Both the position numbers and the translations under genes were made by a program. Positions 19,202-27,974 of a DNA stretch of 64,000 bases are shown piece after piece. Below the pieces are notes generated by a model. The model searched no databases and had not been told where the DNA came from. It saw nothing but the letters and a program-made list of their open reading frames with translations. Each line of letters begins with the position of its first letter. Position 1 is the first letter of the stretch. This DNA comes from a virus. Location: the IMG/VR virus record IMGVR_UViG_3300022745_000026, positions 1-64,000 of that record. One strand, 5' to 3'.

Positions 19202-19888
19202 ATGGCATTAACTAAAATCACACCCGCATTTGAGTCACAAGACGAGACCTCTAGCGCAGCACCAGAAGCAGCAACAGTAACTACAGCAGTAGCAACTACC
19301 AAGCCTTCCGCCGTAGTCGCCAAGCCAAGCTTCAGCAGCATCACCAACCCGATTACAGGGCTGAAGGATGCAGTCAAGGTGGCTTATGATAGCTTGACCT
19401 GCCTCGTAGCATCTAACGGCAACTTCCTAGAGCGGGAGAGTAAAAAGTCAGTCGGTGACGAGATTGTGTTTGAGTTGCTTAGCTGGCAAGATAGCTATGT
19501 TGTCCAAGCTGGCGATGACAAAGCTGAAAAAACTACAGTTCGGTATAGTGACGACGGCGTAGTCTGCTCGGACGGCACCTTGGTCAAAGAACACCTTGAG
19601 ACCTTACGGGAGCTTGGTTATGAGAAGGCAAGTGTAAAAGAGCGAGCAGTAGTAGTTGGGAGTGTAATCACTTGCACTAAAGGCCCACAACTGGTTGACG
19701 ACTTGGTTCAATTTGACCTGAGCCCCAAGTCCAAAGGCAAGTTTAGCCGATACCAGTTGATGGCTCTTAATGCGTTGCGACTCGGCAAGGCAACTGCTGA
19801 ATCAGTTACAAAGGTTCGTGCTCGCACTGAGATAGCGCAGGCAGGTTCTAACGCCTACACGGTAGTTGTGTTTGAGATAGCTAATTGA
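19202..19888 (+). CDS. putative single-stranded DNA-binding / recombination protein
   Basis: Position in the replication module, own promoter and low-complexity N-terminus; function inferred, no diagnostic motif. Confidence 0.5.
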   Translation: MALTKITPAFESQDETSSAAPEAATVTTAVATTKPSAVVAKPSFSSITNPITGLKDAVKVAYDSLTCLVASNGNFLERESKKSVGDEIVFELLSWQDSYVVQAGDDKAEKTTVRYSDDGVVCSDGTLVKEHLETLRELGYEKASVKERAVVVGSVITCTKGPQLVDDLVQFDLSPKSKGKFSRYQLMALNALRLGKATAESVTKVRARTEIAQAGSNAYTVVVFEIAN

Positions 19889-19892
19889 CACT

Positions 19893-20594
19893 ATGGGCAG
19901 GCCAAACCTTAACGTAGTAGGTAAGGTAATTGGCACACTCAAGGTAGTAGCAGAAGGCACACGTACCGAAAAAGGGTATCAAAGGTATATGTGCCTCTGC
20001 ACTTTGTGTGGTGCCGAATCACTGAGAGCGAAGTCGCACCTGATAGCCTCTACACCCTTGTACTGCAAACTTTGTCATATACCGGAGAGACTGAGAGGGG
20101 TCGATAGCCCGTTGGCTTCACACGCTGGCTCTTACTCCTATACTTACACCAAGTGGAAACAAATGTGGGCTAGGTGCCGCAGGTACCCCAACTATGCTAC
20201 TCGTACCCCACAAGGGGCGTGGTCTAAGTACGAAAATTTCTTAGAAGATATGGGGGAGTGCCCAGACGGTATGACGTTGGAAAGGCGTGATAACAATAAA
20301 GGTTACACATCCGACAACTGCTACTGGGCCCCTTACTCTAGGCAGCTGACAAACACCGGTCGTAACCTTTATGTGCATCTGAACGGTAGGTACGTAACCT
20401 TCACTTTTGCCTGCGAATATCTAGGGTTAAGTGCCGGGTCAGTCTACAGGCGCCTAAGCAAAGGTGTTGGTATAAAGGAAGCGTTTTTGGGTAGGCTGGA
20501 CAGTGATAGGTTCTTCAAGGGGACAGAAGCTCTACAAGTAGGCCTATCAGAATCGGAGTATCAACTCTTTATAAATAACTACACTGACTCATAA
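19893..20594 (+). CDS. HNH-type homing endonuclease (Cys-rich N-terminal repeat family)
   Basis: YMCLCTLCG, W..MWARC, FLEDMGECP, TLERRDNNKGY...NCYW. Confidence 0.85.
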   Translation: MGRPNLNVVGKVIGTLKVVAEGTRTEKGYQRYMCLCTLCGAESLRAKSHLIASTPLYCKLCHIPERLRGVDSPLASHAGSYSYTYTKWKQMWARCRRYPNYATRTPQGAWSKYENFLEDMGECPDGMTLERRDNNKGYTSDNCYWAPYSRQLTNTGRNLYVHLNGRYVTFTFACEYLGLSAGSVYRRLSKGVGIKEAFLGRLDSDRFFKGTEALQVGLSESEYQLFINNYTDS

Positions 20595-20595
20595 G

Positions 20596-21246
20596 ATGAA
20601 CAATTACCTAATTTTAGATACAGAGACAACTGGCCTGAACGGTTCAGTCTGTGAAATCGCATGGGTCACCATGGACGAGAACCTCAACATCCTCGACCAG
20701 CACGAGACCCTTGTGGACCCCGAGCGCCAGATTGAACCTGGTGCATTTGCCATTCATGGAATATCTAACGATATGTGCGATGGCAAACCTAAACTTGCTG
20801 ATGTAGCAAAACTACTTCCAGAGTCTGGGTGGATGATTTGTCATAATGCACCCTTTGATACTCGAATGATTGCTAGTGTTTACACACCAGCAGCAACCCT
20901 ATGCACTCTGGCCTTGTCCAGAAAATACATTACAGGCACCACCAACCACAAGTTGGCCACCCTGCAATCGGAACTTGGTCTACCCGACCGCAAGTCCCAC
21001 TCGGCCTTGGGAGACATCTTGACAGTGCATGACTTGCTGCAGGTAATCCTGCCGAAGACCGGCACGACACTGGAAGCGCTGTTCAAGCGAGCCAGTGCGC
21101 CCAAGATGCTGCATGTCATGCCCTTCGGGAAGCACAAGGGTGTTCCAATCCTTAACGTGCCCGCAGACTACCGCGCATGGCTCTTGGGTAAAGCAGGGCT
21201 CGACCAAGACCTCAAATACACCTTGGAGAAAATGAAAAATGTTTGA
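20596..21246 (+). CDS. DEDDh 3'-5' exonuclease (ExoX/DnaQ-like)
   Basis: LDTETTG, HNAPFD and HSALGD motifs; C-terminal MPFGKHKG domain. Confidence 0.9.
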   Translation: MNNYLILDTETTGLNGSVCEIAWVTMDENLNILDQHETLVDPERQIEPGAFAIHGISNDMCDGKPKLADVAKLLPESGWMICHNAPFDTRMIASVYTPAATLCTLALSRKYITGTTNHKLATLQSELGLPDRKSHSALGDILTVHDLLQVILPKTGTTLEALFKRASAPKMLHVMPFGKHKGVPILNVPADYRAWLLGKAGLDQDLKYTLEKMKNV

Positions 21247-21664
21247 TGACATCAAGAAGTTCAATACGATGTACGGGTTCCCCTGCCCGGACAAGCCCAC
21301 CCTGCCAGACGGATTCCCCCTGAAGCTGCTCAACTTCACGAAGATTCTTCGTGATGAGCTGGATGAAGGGTTTGACATTATCGAAGCCTACAACAAAGAA
21401 GGTTCGACTGATTTAGAAACCTTGACTAACCTTGCTGACTGGTTCTCTGATGTTATGATTTACTGTGCATCGGAGGGAACCAAGTATGGTCTTCCTATGC
21501 AACAGGTGATTGACATTATCATGCAGTCTAACTTCAGCAAGATGGGAGCAGATGGAAACCCAATCAAAGACCAGTATGGGAAACTACAAAAAGGACCTAA
21601 TTATTGGAAGCCAGAACCAAAGATTTCACAACTTTTATCGGAGAAACTAAATGACAACACGTAA
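21239..21664 (+). CDS. MazG-like nucleotide pyrophosphohydrolase
   Basis: DELDE, LADWFSD, SNFSK and GKLQKGPNYWKP motifs. Confidence 0.8.
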   Translation: MFDDIKKFNTMYGFPCPDKPTLPDGFPLKLLNFTKILRDELDEGFDIIEAYNKEGSTDLETLTNLADWFSDVMIYCASEGTKYGLPMQQVIDIIMQSNFSKMGADGNPIKDQYGKLQKGPNYWKPEPKISQLLSEKLNDNT

Positions 21665-22010
21665 AATGCCTCTTGTCCTCGTTCAAAAACGAGGCCGCCC
21701 AGCCAAGGAAGCACCAAAGGAAGTACCAAAGGCTGCTCCAACCTTGGTCACCATCCTAGCGGAGCGAGGCTCTCGCTACGGTACTTTCCAAGGCCACGCT
21801 AACGTCACACAAGACTTTAAGCGGCTGCTGAAGAAGCACTTGGATTCTCGAAATAAGGTGCTGACAGATACACAACAGGAAGCCCTTGAGATGGTGTTCC
21901 ACAAGATCGGACGAATCGTAAACGGAGATGCCAATTACGATGACTCTTGGACCGATGTGGCAGGATATTCAAAATTAGTTGCAGATGAGCTGCAAGGTAA
22001 CATACGCTAA
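21651..22010 (+). CDS. DUF6378-like conserved phage protein
   Basis: ERGSRYG...EALEMVFHKIGRIVNGD..YDDSWTDVAGY. Confidence 0.75.
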   Translation: MTTRKMPLVLVQKRGRPAKEAPKEVPKAAPTLVTILAERGSRYGTFQGHANVTQDFKRLLKKHLDSRNKVLTDTQQEALEMVFHKIGRIVNGDANYDDSWTDVAGYSKLVADELQGNIR

Positions 22011-22014
22011 AACC

Positions 22015-22040
22015 AAAGCCCTCTTCGGAGGGCTTTTCTT
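22015..22040 (+). terminator. intrinsic terminator with UUCG tetraloop
   Basis: AAAGCCCTC-TTCG-GAGGGCTTT followed by TCTT. Confidence 0.85.
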
Positions 22041-22054
22041 ACATTAGGAAATAT

Positions 22055-25000
22055 ATGAAAATTGCATTCGATTGTTCATCAATTATGTGGACATGCCTCT
22101 CAGTAGGCAAAGACCAAGAAGGTTTTAACGCTGTTACAGAAGACGGCAAAGATTACTGGATAAATACCCAAGCATACGGCTACGAGAACGCCGTAAACTC
22201 CATCATCACCTCTCTCAAGAAATTCAACCTGACCCCCAAGGATGCCATCCTTGTGTTCGAGGGCCAGTCCAGCAAGGTCATGCGCGGCATGATCGACAAA
22301 GAGTACAAGGCCGGTCGCGGCAAGCGCCCCAACGAAGCCTACGTCGAGTTCAACAACCTCAAAGGGCAGTTGCAGAGCGTCTTCTTCAAGCTAGGTGCCC
22401 TGTCCCTGACACAAGATTACGTCGAGGGCGATGACATCCTTGGCTGGCTGGCCCAGCACACGGAAGAAGACCTTGTAATCCGCTCTGGCGACGGTGACTT
22501 GGCTGTGCTATCCGGCGTCAACGCCTACGGCGCGACAATCCACACCAGCATCGGTGACCGCGACTTGGATGAGAACCCCTTTGGGCCGTTCGAGAACCGT
22601 TGGATTAGCGTGTACAAGGCGCTGGTCGGTGACTCCTCCGACAACATCAAGGGTATCAAGGGCTTTGGCCCCGCCGCCTTCGCTGAGTTCTACCGCGACT
22701 ACGGGGACGCCGGACTTGAAGAGCTGGCCCGCTTGGCTGAGATCGGCAACTTGGACGAGTTGCACCCCGAGTGCGGTGTCAAAGTGGTCAAGAAGATTTT
22801 TGACGGCTCTGCCGAGTTCATCAAGTCATGGAAGCTGGCCAAGATTCACACCGAGTGGGTCAATACCCTACAGAACCCGTTGAAGTGGTCCCCCGGCCTG
22901 ATTCGCGGCAAGGTGGATGATGAACGGCTGGCGAAGTGGCAGGGGCAGTCCCACCTTGTCTCCGGCTCCAAGTGGGAGTCATTCAAGTCGTGGGCCAAGC
23001 CTCTGATTGCCCGGTCCGACTTCGTGGCACTGGACATTGAGACTTCAACACCTGATGAGTCTGACGAGTGGGTCGAGTCCAACGGGGGCATCGTTGATGT
23101 CATCGGCTCTGAGTTGTCCGGTATGTCACTCACCTTCGGCGACAATCTGCAGTACACCGTCTACATCCCGGTGGACCACACAGACACCGACTGCGTACCC
23201 CTCGACGACGTGGCCGACTTCGCCATGAACCTGGGCAAGCAGTTGGTCATCCAAAACGTGGCATTCGAGGGCCCGGTGCTCTATAACGCTTGGGGTGAGC
23301 GCTTCAAGAACAACAGCTACGAGGGCTACTTGCCCAACTGGTTGGACACCAAGCTGGAAGCCTCCTACGTCAACGAGAACGAGTCCTTGGGCTTGAAGAA
23401 GCTGGCCAAGATGTATTTCGGCTACGACCAAGTTGAGTACAGCGCTGTAACAACCTTGGAAGGCCCTATCGGCACCCTGCAGGGTGGCCAGTTGCTGAGC
23501 ACCTTTGACAAGTGTGTCAAAGAAGCTGTAATCCGCGAGGTCACGGCGGCTGACGTAGAGATGGAATCACAGAAGTATGCCGTGGCAATGGACGCATGGG
23601 AGCGAGACATGCGCTCACTGGACTGTGAGACTCCGAGGCCTACCGCCACGGTCTTGGTCGAAGGCGGCACAATCGAGGTGGAGCCAGCGGTCTTCGAGGC
23701 CACCGAGCGCCGCCAGTATAAGATGCGTGAGTTGTCCGCTGCACACGTCAAGTCCTACGCTTGTGATGACACCATCGTCACCGCCTCGTTGCACAACTTC
23801 TTCAAGTTGCACATGCAACTTGAGCACCACTGGAAGGTGTACTTGGACGTTGAGATTGACGCGTCTTACCTGCATGCCCAAAGCTACGTCCACGGCGTTA
23901 AGGTTGACGTTGCCAAGCTCTACGAATTGGCGGAGCTGGATGCGAAGACCAAGGTTGACGCCGAGGCCGTGCTGCATAAGTACCTAGTCACCCACGGGTG
24001 GGAGGGCACTGTTGCACCTGTGTTCGAGAAGCTGGACGCAGCGGCTATCAAGCAGGCAGCACTGATTTGTGGTCAAGAGCTGAAGACGGCGATACGCACA
24101 CCGGCAAAACTTGTCCCAATGATTCAGGACAAGCTCTTGGCAGACTTGGTGTCCGCTGATGACGCCGCCGCTGTGACATGCTACGTGCATCGCCGCTTCG
24201 TCGCCGCGCCGGAGTTCAACGCAGGCAGCCCCAAGCAGATTACCAAGTTGATGTACGACGTGATGGGCTTGCCCCTGCGCTTGTTCAACAATGGGCCAGG
24301 TACACGCTCCAACGAAGCTATCCGCAACGCCATGGACGTGCCACTGACCTTGGAGGCCTACAACGCGATGCCGCCACCACCCGGTGCTCGGCTGCCAAAC
24401 CCTTCGACGGACACTACGGCGATTGCCTATGCTTTGCTGGATGCTCCAGAAGAAGAGAAGGCTGCGCTCGAGGCCTTGAAGCTGATTAAGATGGTTCAGA
24501 CACGTAGTGGACTGTACTATGAGACTTACCCTAAGTTAGTCCACTGGAAGACCGGAAGAATTCACTCTAACCACAACCAGTGTGGAACTAATACACGCAG
24601 GGCCAGTAGCTCAGCTCCAAACCTGCAACAGCTCCCAAAACATGCTAAGATTGAAGGACAAGCTGCAAGGTTCCGCGAGGTAATCGTGCCACATAAGCGT
24701 AACGCCGTTATCGTCTCGATGGACTTCTCTAGTCAAGAGATTCTGCTCTTGGCTGAGTGGTCCAAAGACCCGGTTCTGCGTGAAGTATTCGTAGGTGACT
24801 CACCAAAAGATATGCACTCGATTACTGGCTTAGGCATTTACAACGGACGCAATGAGGCTATAACTTATGAGCAGTTTGTCGCAGCTAAGGATGACAAGTC
24901 TAATCCACTTCATGAGGCTGTAAAAAAGTGCAGAGCTTTAGGTAAAGCTGTTAACTTCGGAAGCCAATATAGGATTAAGCCAGGAAAACTAAGTCGCATG

Positions 25001-25528
25001 CTGATGGTAAATAAACAGGATGCTACAGACATGCTTGAGGCTAAAGCTGTAGCCTTCCCAGTAGCTGAGGCATGGGCTGAGACCGAGATGGCAGCCATAT
25101 ATGAGCACGGCACCGTGAAGACCTTGTTGGGGGCTGTTCGCCACCTGGCCAAGATGATTGACCAAGCGTCCAGCGGGGATGAGGAAGGGCCCCAGCGCCA
25201 AGCCTTGTCGTTCCGAATCCAAGGCTCTGCAGCCGAGATGACCAAGTTGGCTGAAGGCCGTATGTGGAAGGCCCGACTGGAGCAGGTGTTTGACTGTGAG
25301 GTCATCGCACCGATTCACGACGAGTGTGTGTTCTCTGTAGCTGTCCCGGACTTGGTGCCCTTCATGGGCGCTGCCCATGCCTGCATGGTGGGTGATTATG
25401 CTGGCATGGAGTTGCCAATCAAGAGTTCCATCTCGTTCGGCCCGTCTTTTGGCGAGCAGATTGAGATTGGTGATTTGCCTGTCGAGGCTGCCATCGTCGG
25501 CGGCCTGAAGAAAATGGAGAAAGCATGA
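22055..25528 (+). CDS. polA: family A DNA polymerase with 5'-3' and 3'-5' exonuclease domains
   Basis: 5'-nuclease motifs (EGDD, SGDGD, GDSSDNIKG), ExoI DIET, ExoIII YACDD, motif A DFSSQE, motif B KAVNFGSQY, motif C IHDE. Confidence 0.95.
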   Translation: MKIAFDCSSIMWTCLSVGKDQEGFNAVTEDGKDYWINTQAYGYENAVNSIITSLKKFNLTPKDAILVFEGQSSKVMRGMIDKEYKAGRGKRPNEAYVEFNNLKGQLQSVFFKLGALSLTQDYVEGDDILGWLAQHTEEDLVIRSGDGDLAVLSGVNAYGATIHTSIGDRDLDENPFGPFENRWISVYKALVGDSSDNIKGIKGFGPAAFAEFYRDYGDAGLEELARLAEIGNLDELHPECGVKVVKKIFDGSAEFIKSWKLAKIHTEWVNTLQNPLKWSPGLIRGKVDDERLAKWQGQSHLVSGSKWESFKSWAKPLIARSDFVALDIETSTPDESDEWVESNGGIVDVIGSELSGMSLTFGDNLQYTVYIPVDHTDTDCVPLDDVADFAMNLGKQLVIQNVAFEGPVLYNAWGERFKNNSYEGYLPNWLDTKLEASYVNENESLGLKKLAKMYFGYDQVEYSAVTTLEGPIGTLQGGQLLSTFDKCVKEAVIREVTAADVEMESQKYAVAMDAWERDMRSLDCETPRPTATVLVEGGTIEVEPAVFEATERRQYKMRELSAAHVKSYACDDTIVTASLHNFFKLHMQLEHHWKVYLDVEIDASYLHAQSYVHGVKVDVAKLYELAELDAKTKVDAEAVLHKYLVTHGWEGTVAPVFEKLDAAAIKQAALICGQELKTAIRTPAKLVPMIQDKLLADLVSADDAAAVTCYVHRRFVAAPEFNAGSPKQITKLMYDVMGLPLRLFNNGPGTRSNEAIRNAMDVPLTLEAYNAMPPPPGARLPNPSTDTTAIAYALLDAPEEEKAALEALKLIKMVQTRSGLYYETYPKLVHWKTGRIHSNHNQCGTNTRRASSSAPNLQQLPKHAKIEGQAARFREVIVPHKRNAVIVSMDFSSQEILLLAEWSKDPVLREVFVGDSPKDMHSITGLGIYNGRNEAITYEQFVAAKDDKSNPLHEAVKKCRALGKAVNFGSQYRIKPGKLSRMLMVNKQDATDMLEAKAVAFPVAEAWAETEMAAIYEHGTVKTLLGAVRHLAKMIDQASSGDEEGPQRQALSFRIQGSAAEMTKLAEGRMWKARLEQVFDCEVIAPIHDECVFSVAVPDLVPFMGAAHACMVGDYAGMELPIKSSISFGPSFGEQIEIGDLPVEAAIVGGLKKMEKA

Positions 25529-25845
25529 CCGCAGACCAGAAGCCCGAAACCATTCAGCAGGTGCTATCAGAGTTGTTTGGCAACCCTTGTGGAAACATAA
25601 CTCTAACATTTGAGTCGGCTGACCGACTCAATTTTGGAGGTTTTACACAGGCCACTAAGGTAGTAAACATAGACTTCCACCTATGGAGCGATAGCGGTCT
25701 AGACTATGGCCCAGACTACCGGGTAGGGTCCGTGATAGTTACAAGTGCCAGTAGGCAGGACTTTATACACAGGCTCTGGCACTGCCGCGCTACCCTTGTA
25801 TATGGACCAGAAACAGACAGAATACTTAGGAGCTTACTAGCATGA
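25525..25845 (+). CDS. hypothetical protein
   Basis: ATGA-coupled 106-aa ORF. Confidence 0.55.
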   Translation: MTADQKPETIQQVLSELFGNPCGNITLTFESADRLNFGGFTQATKVVNIDFHLWSDSGLDYGPDYRVGSVIVTSASRQDFIHRLWHCRATLVYGPETDRILRSLLA

Positions 25846-26258
25846 CTACCACAAACCGAGGCAAGGTAGCTGAGGGTCAGGTGAAGAAGATTCTGTCTTC
25901 TATCACTAGACAAGACTTCGCGTGGAACCGGCTGCCTGACGCCCACGCGGGGTCAAGGCAGCCGACCTTGGCCGACTTCCTACTTGTAAATCGAGGGCTG
26001 CCGATTCTGCTTGAGGTAAAAGAGACAGCCCATGACTTTAGGTTACCCGTAGGTAACTTCAAGCTAGAGAATAGGGCTAGGATGCGGATATTCCAATTAG
26101 CAGGTGCGAAGTGCGTTATACTGATACACCATAGTAAGACTAAAGTGTGGCGGTGTACCGGCCTTGACTACTTCGGTACGCAAGATACCGGGTCTTGGGA
26201 CCTTAGAAATACATCAGAACTTAACTTAAAAGAGGCAATAGAATTATGCTTACAGTAA
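25842..26258 (+). CDS. PD-(D/E)xK nuclease, probable Holliday junction resolvase (RecU-like)
   Basis: RGK.AE, ADF and LEVKET motifs. Confidence 0.7.
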   Translation: MTTTNRGKVAEGQVKKILSSITRQDFAWNRLPDAHAGSRQPTLADFLLVNRGLPILLEVKETAHDFRLPVGNFKLENRARMRIFQLAGAKCVILIHHSKTKVWRCTGLDYFGTQDTGSWDLRNTSELNLKEAIELCLQ

Positions 26259-26965
26259 AACGCATTACCCGTCCAGGCCTTCCAGAGGCTGGACGTATTT
26301 TTGGAAACCTGACTCTAGTAGGCACCCATGAGGTCGTAGGTAAGCACAGGTATGTAGATGTAAAGTGTACTTGTGGAGTAGAGAAATCCGTTAGATTCGA
26401 TGGCATACTCGCTGGTCAGGTGGTATCCTGTGGTTGTGTAAGAAATGAAAGAAACAGGGTTGTAAACTTACGACACGGCAAAGGAGGTAAGGTGGCCGGC
26501 AGACACCCCATGTACAATACATGGTCTGACATGATACAGAGATGCTCTAATAAAAAATCAGCTGTTTATAAGTATTATGGGGGACGAGGCATTACGGTAT
26601 GCGACGAGTGGTTGGATTTTTGCAATTTCGACAGAGACCTAGCTAGTACATGGTTTATCGGTGCTTCGCTGGAAAGGATAGACACTATGTTAGGGTACGC
26701 CCCAGCAAACTGTCGTTGGGCTACAATGGAAGAGCAACACGAGAACACTAGAAGAAGTTACTTATTGACTTTTGAAGGGAAGAGCTACTCTACCAAAGCA
26801 TTGGCTATACACCTAGGAATATCTGTTGACTCTTTACGCCGCAAACTAAGAATATACCACGACTATAGTCTAGAGGCTATAGTCCAGTCTATACAAAATC
26901 ACACATACCTACACGTAACAGGTACAGACTCTCCCAACCAATTTAAGAGGTACAAAACATGCTAG
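26246..26965 (+). CDS. HNH-type homing endonuclease (Cys-rich N-terminal repeat family)
   Basis: KCTCG, SCGC, W..MIQRC, YGGRGITVCDEW, SLERIDT...GY...NCRW. Confidence 0.88.
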   Translation: MLTVKRITRPGLPEAGRIFGNLTLVGTHEVVGKHRYVDVKCTCGVEKSVRFDGILAGQVVSCGCVRNERNRVVNLRHGKGGKVAGRHPMYNTWSDMIQRCSNKKSAVYKYYGGRGITVCDEWLDFCNFDRDLASTWFIGASLERIDTMLGYAPANCRWATMEEQHENTRRSYLLTFEGKSYSTKALAIHLGISVDSLRRKLRIYHDYSLEAIVQSIQNHTYLHVTGTDSPNQFKRYKTC

Positions 26966-27966
26966 TATGTTGCTCCGATTTACACTTGGGGGCTATTCGT
27001 AGCTCCGGTACTACACCAGCCACCCAGTGGGCTCTACGACAGCACGCACTGCAGGAATTTGCAGGCTTTCTTCCTACAGAAGGTGACCTACTCATAAACG
27101 GGGACTTATTTGATACGGCAAATGTACCAATCAGTGATGTGCTAAAGACATATGAGATTCTTAGTGACTGGCTTGAGGCTCACCCCAGTTCTAAGCTGTA
27201 CAACTCTGCAGGTAATCACGACCTAAGCAAGACTTCTACAACGCTTTCTAGTTTTCAGTTCCTAGGTAAGCTCCTAAGCCGAAACTTCCCTGAGCGCTAT
27301 GTGCATATCGAGCAGCCGACCATGACACCCTACGGGTATGTGATTCCCCACTTGGTAAACCAAGATGTGTTCGACGCCGCTCTTGCAGCCACACCAGAGT
27401 GTGAGTACGTGTTCCTGCATGCCAACTACGATAACTTCTTTGCCAAGCAGGCGGACCAGAGCTTGAACGTCTCCAAAGAGCAGGCCGCAGCCCTGCCCTG
27501 CAAGACAGTTATCTTTGGTCACGAGCACCATGCTAGACGCTTGGGCAAGGTCCTGATTCCGGGTAACCAACTGGCTACCTCGGTCTCTGACTGGCTCTCA
27601 GACGGCGATAAGTACAAGGTGGTCATCCGTGGCGGCTTTGGGGTTCACTTCGAGACGACAGCCCTCCGGGACCAAGAGTTTATCGAGATGAGCTGGCGTG
27701 ACCTGCATCCCACCGGGCACAAGTTCATCCGAGTGAGCGGCAGTGCGGCGCAGGAAGAGGCCCACGAAGTTGTCAATGCCATAGCCGCCTTCCGGCGCAC
27801 ATCCGAGGCATTTGTCATCACCAACGCAGTGCAGATTGCAAGTGTCGAAGGCTTGTCCGCTGACTTTGAATCAACCCTGGAAGCTGCTAAGGGCTTTGAT
27901 GTCATCAAGTGTCTGCTTGAGACGCTTGACACTGAAGAGCGGGTTGTTGTTGAAAATCTACTTTAG
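26959..27966 (+). CDS. Mre11/SbcD-like metallophosphoesterase nuclease
   Basis: SDLHLG, NGDLFD, AGNHD and FGHEH motifs; adjacent to an SMC-like ATPase. Confidence 0.88.
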   Translation: MLVCCSDLHLGAIRSSGTTPATQWALRQHALQEFAGFLPTEGDLLINGDLFDTANVPISDVLKTYEILSDWLEAHPSSKLYNSAGNHDLSKTSTTLSSFQFLGKLLSRNFPERYVHIEQPTMTPYGYVIPHLVNQDVFDAALAATPECEYVFLHANYDNFFAKQADQSLNVSKEQAAALPCKTVIFGHEHHARRLGKVLIPGNQLATSVSDWLSDGDKYKVVIRGGFGVHFETTALRDQEFIEMSWRDLHPTGHKFIRVSGSAAQEEAHEVVNAIAAFRRTSEAFVITNAVQIASVEGLSADFESTLEAAKGFDVIKCLLETLDTEERVVVENLL

Positions 27967-27974
27967 GAAATAAA

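Noticed and set aside
23450-23710. Possible intein in the DNA polymerase
   Set aside because: No C/S start with a His-Asn end and no LAGLIDADG blocks; too short. Treated as a plain insertion.
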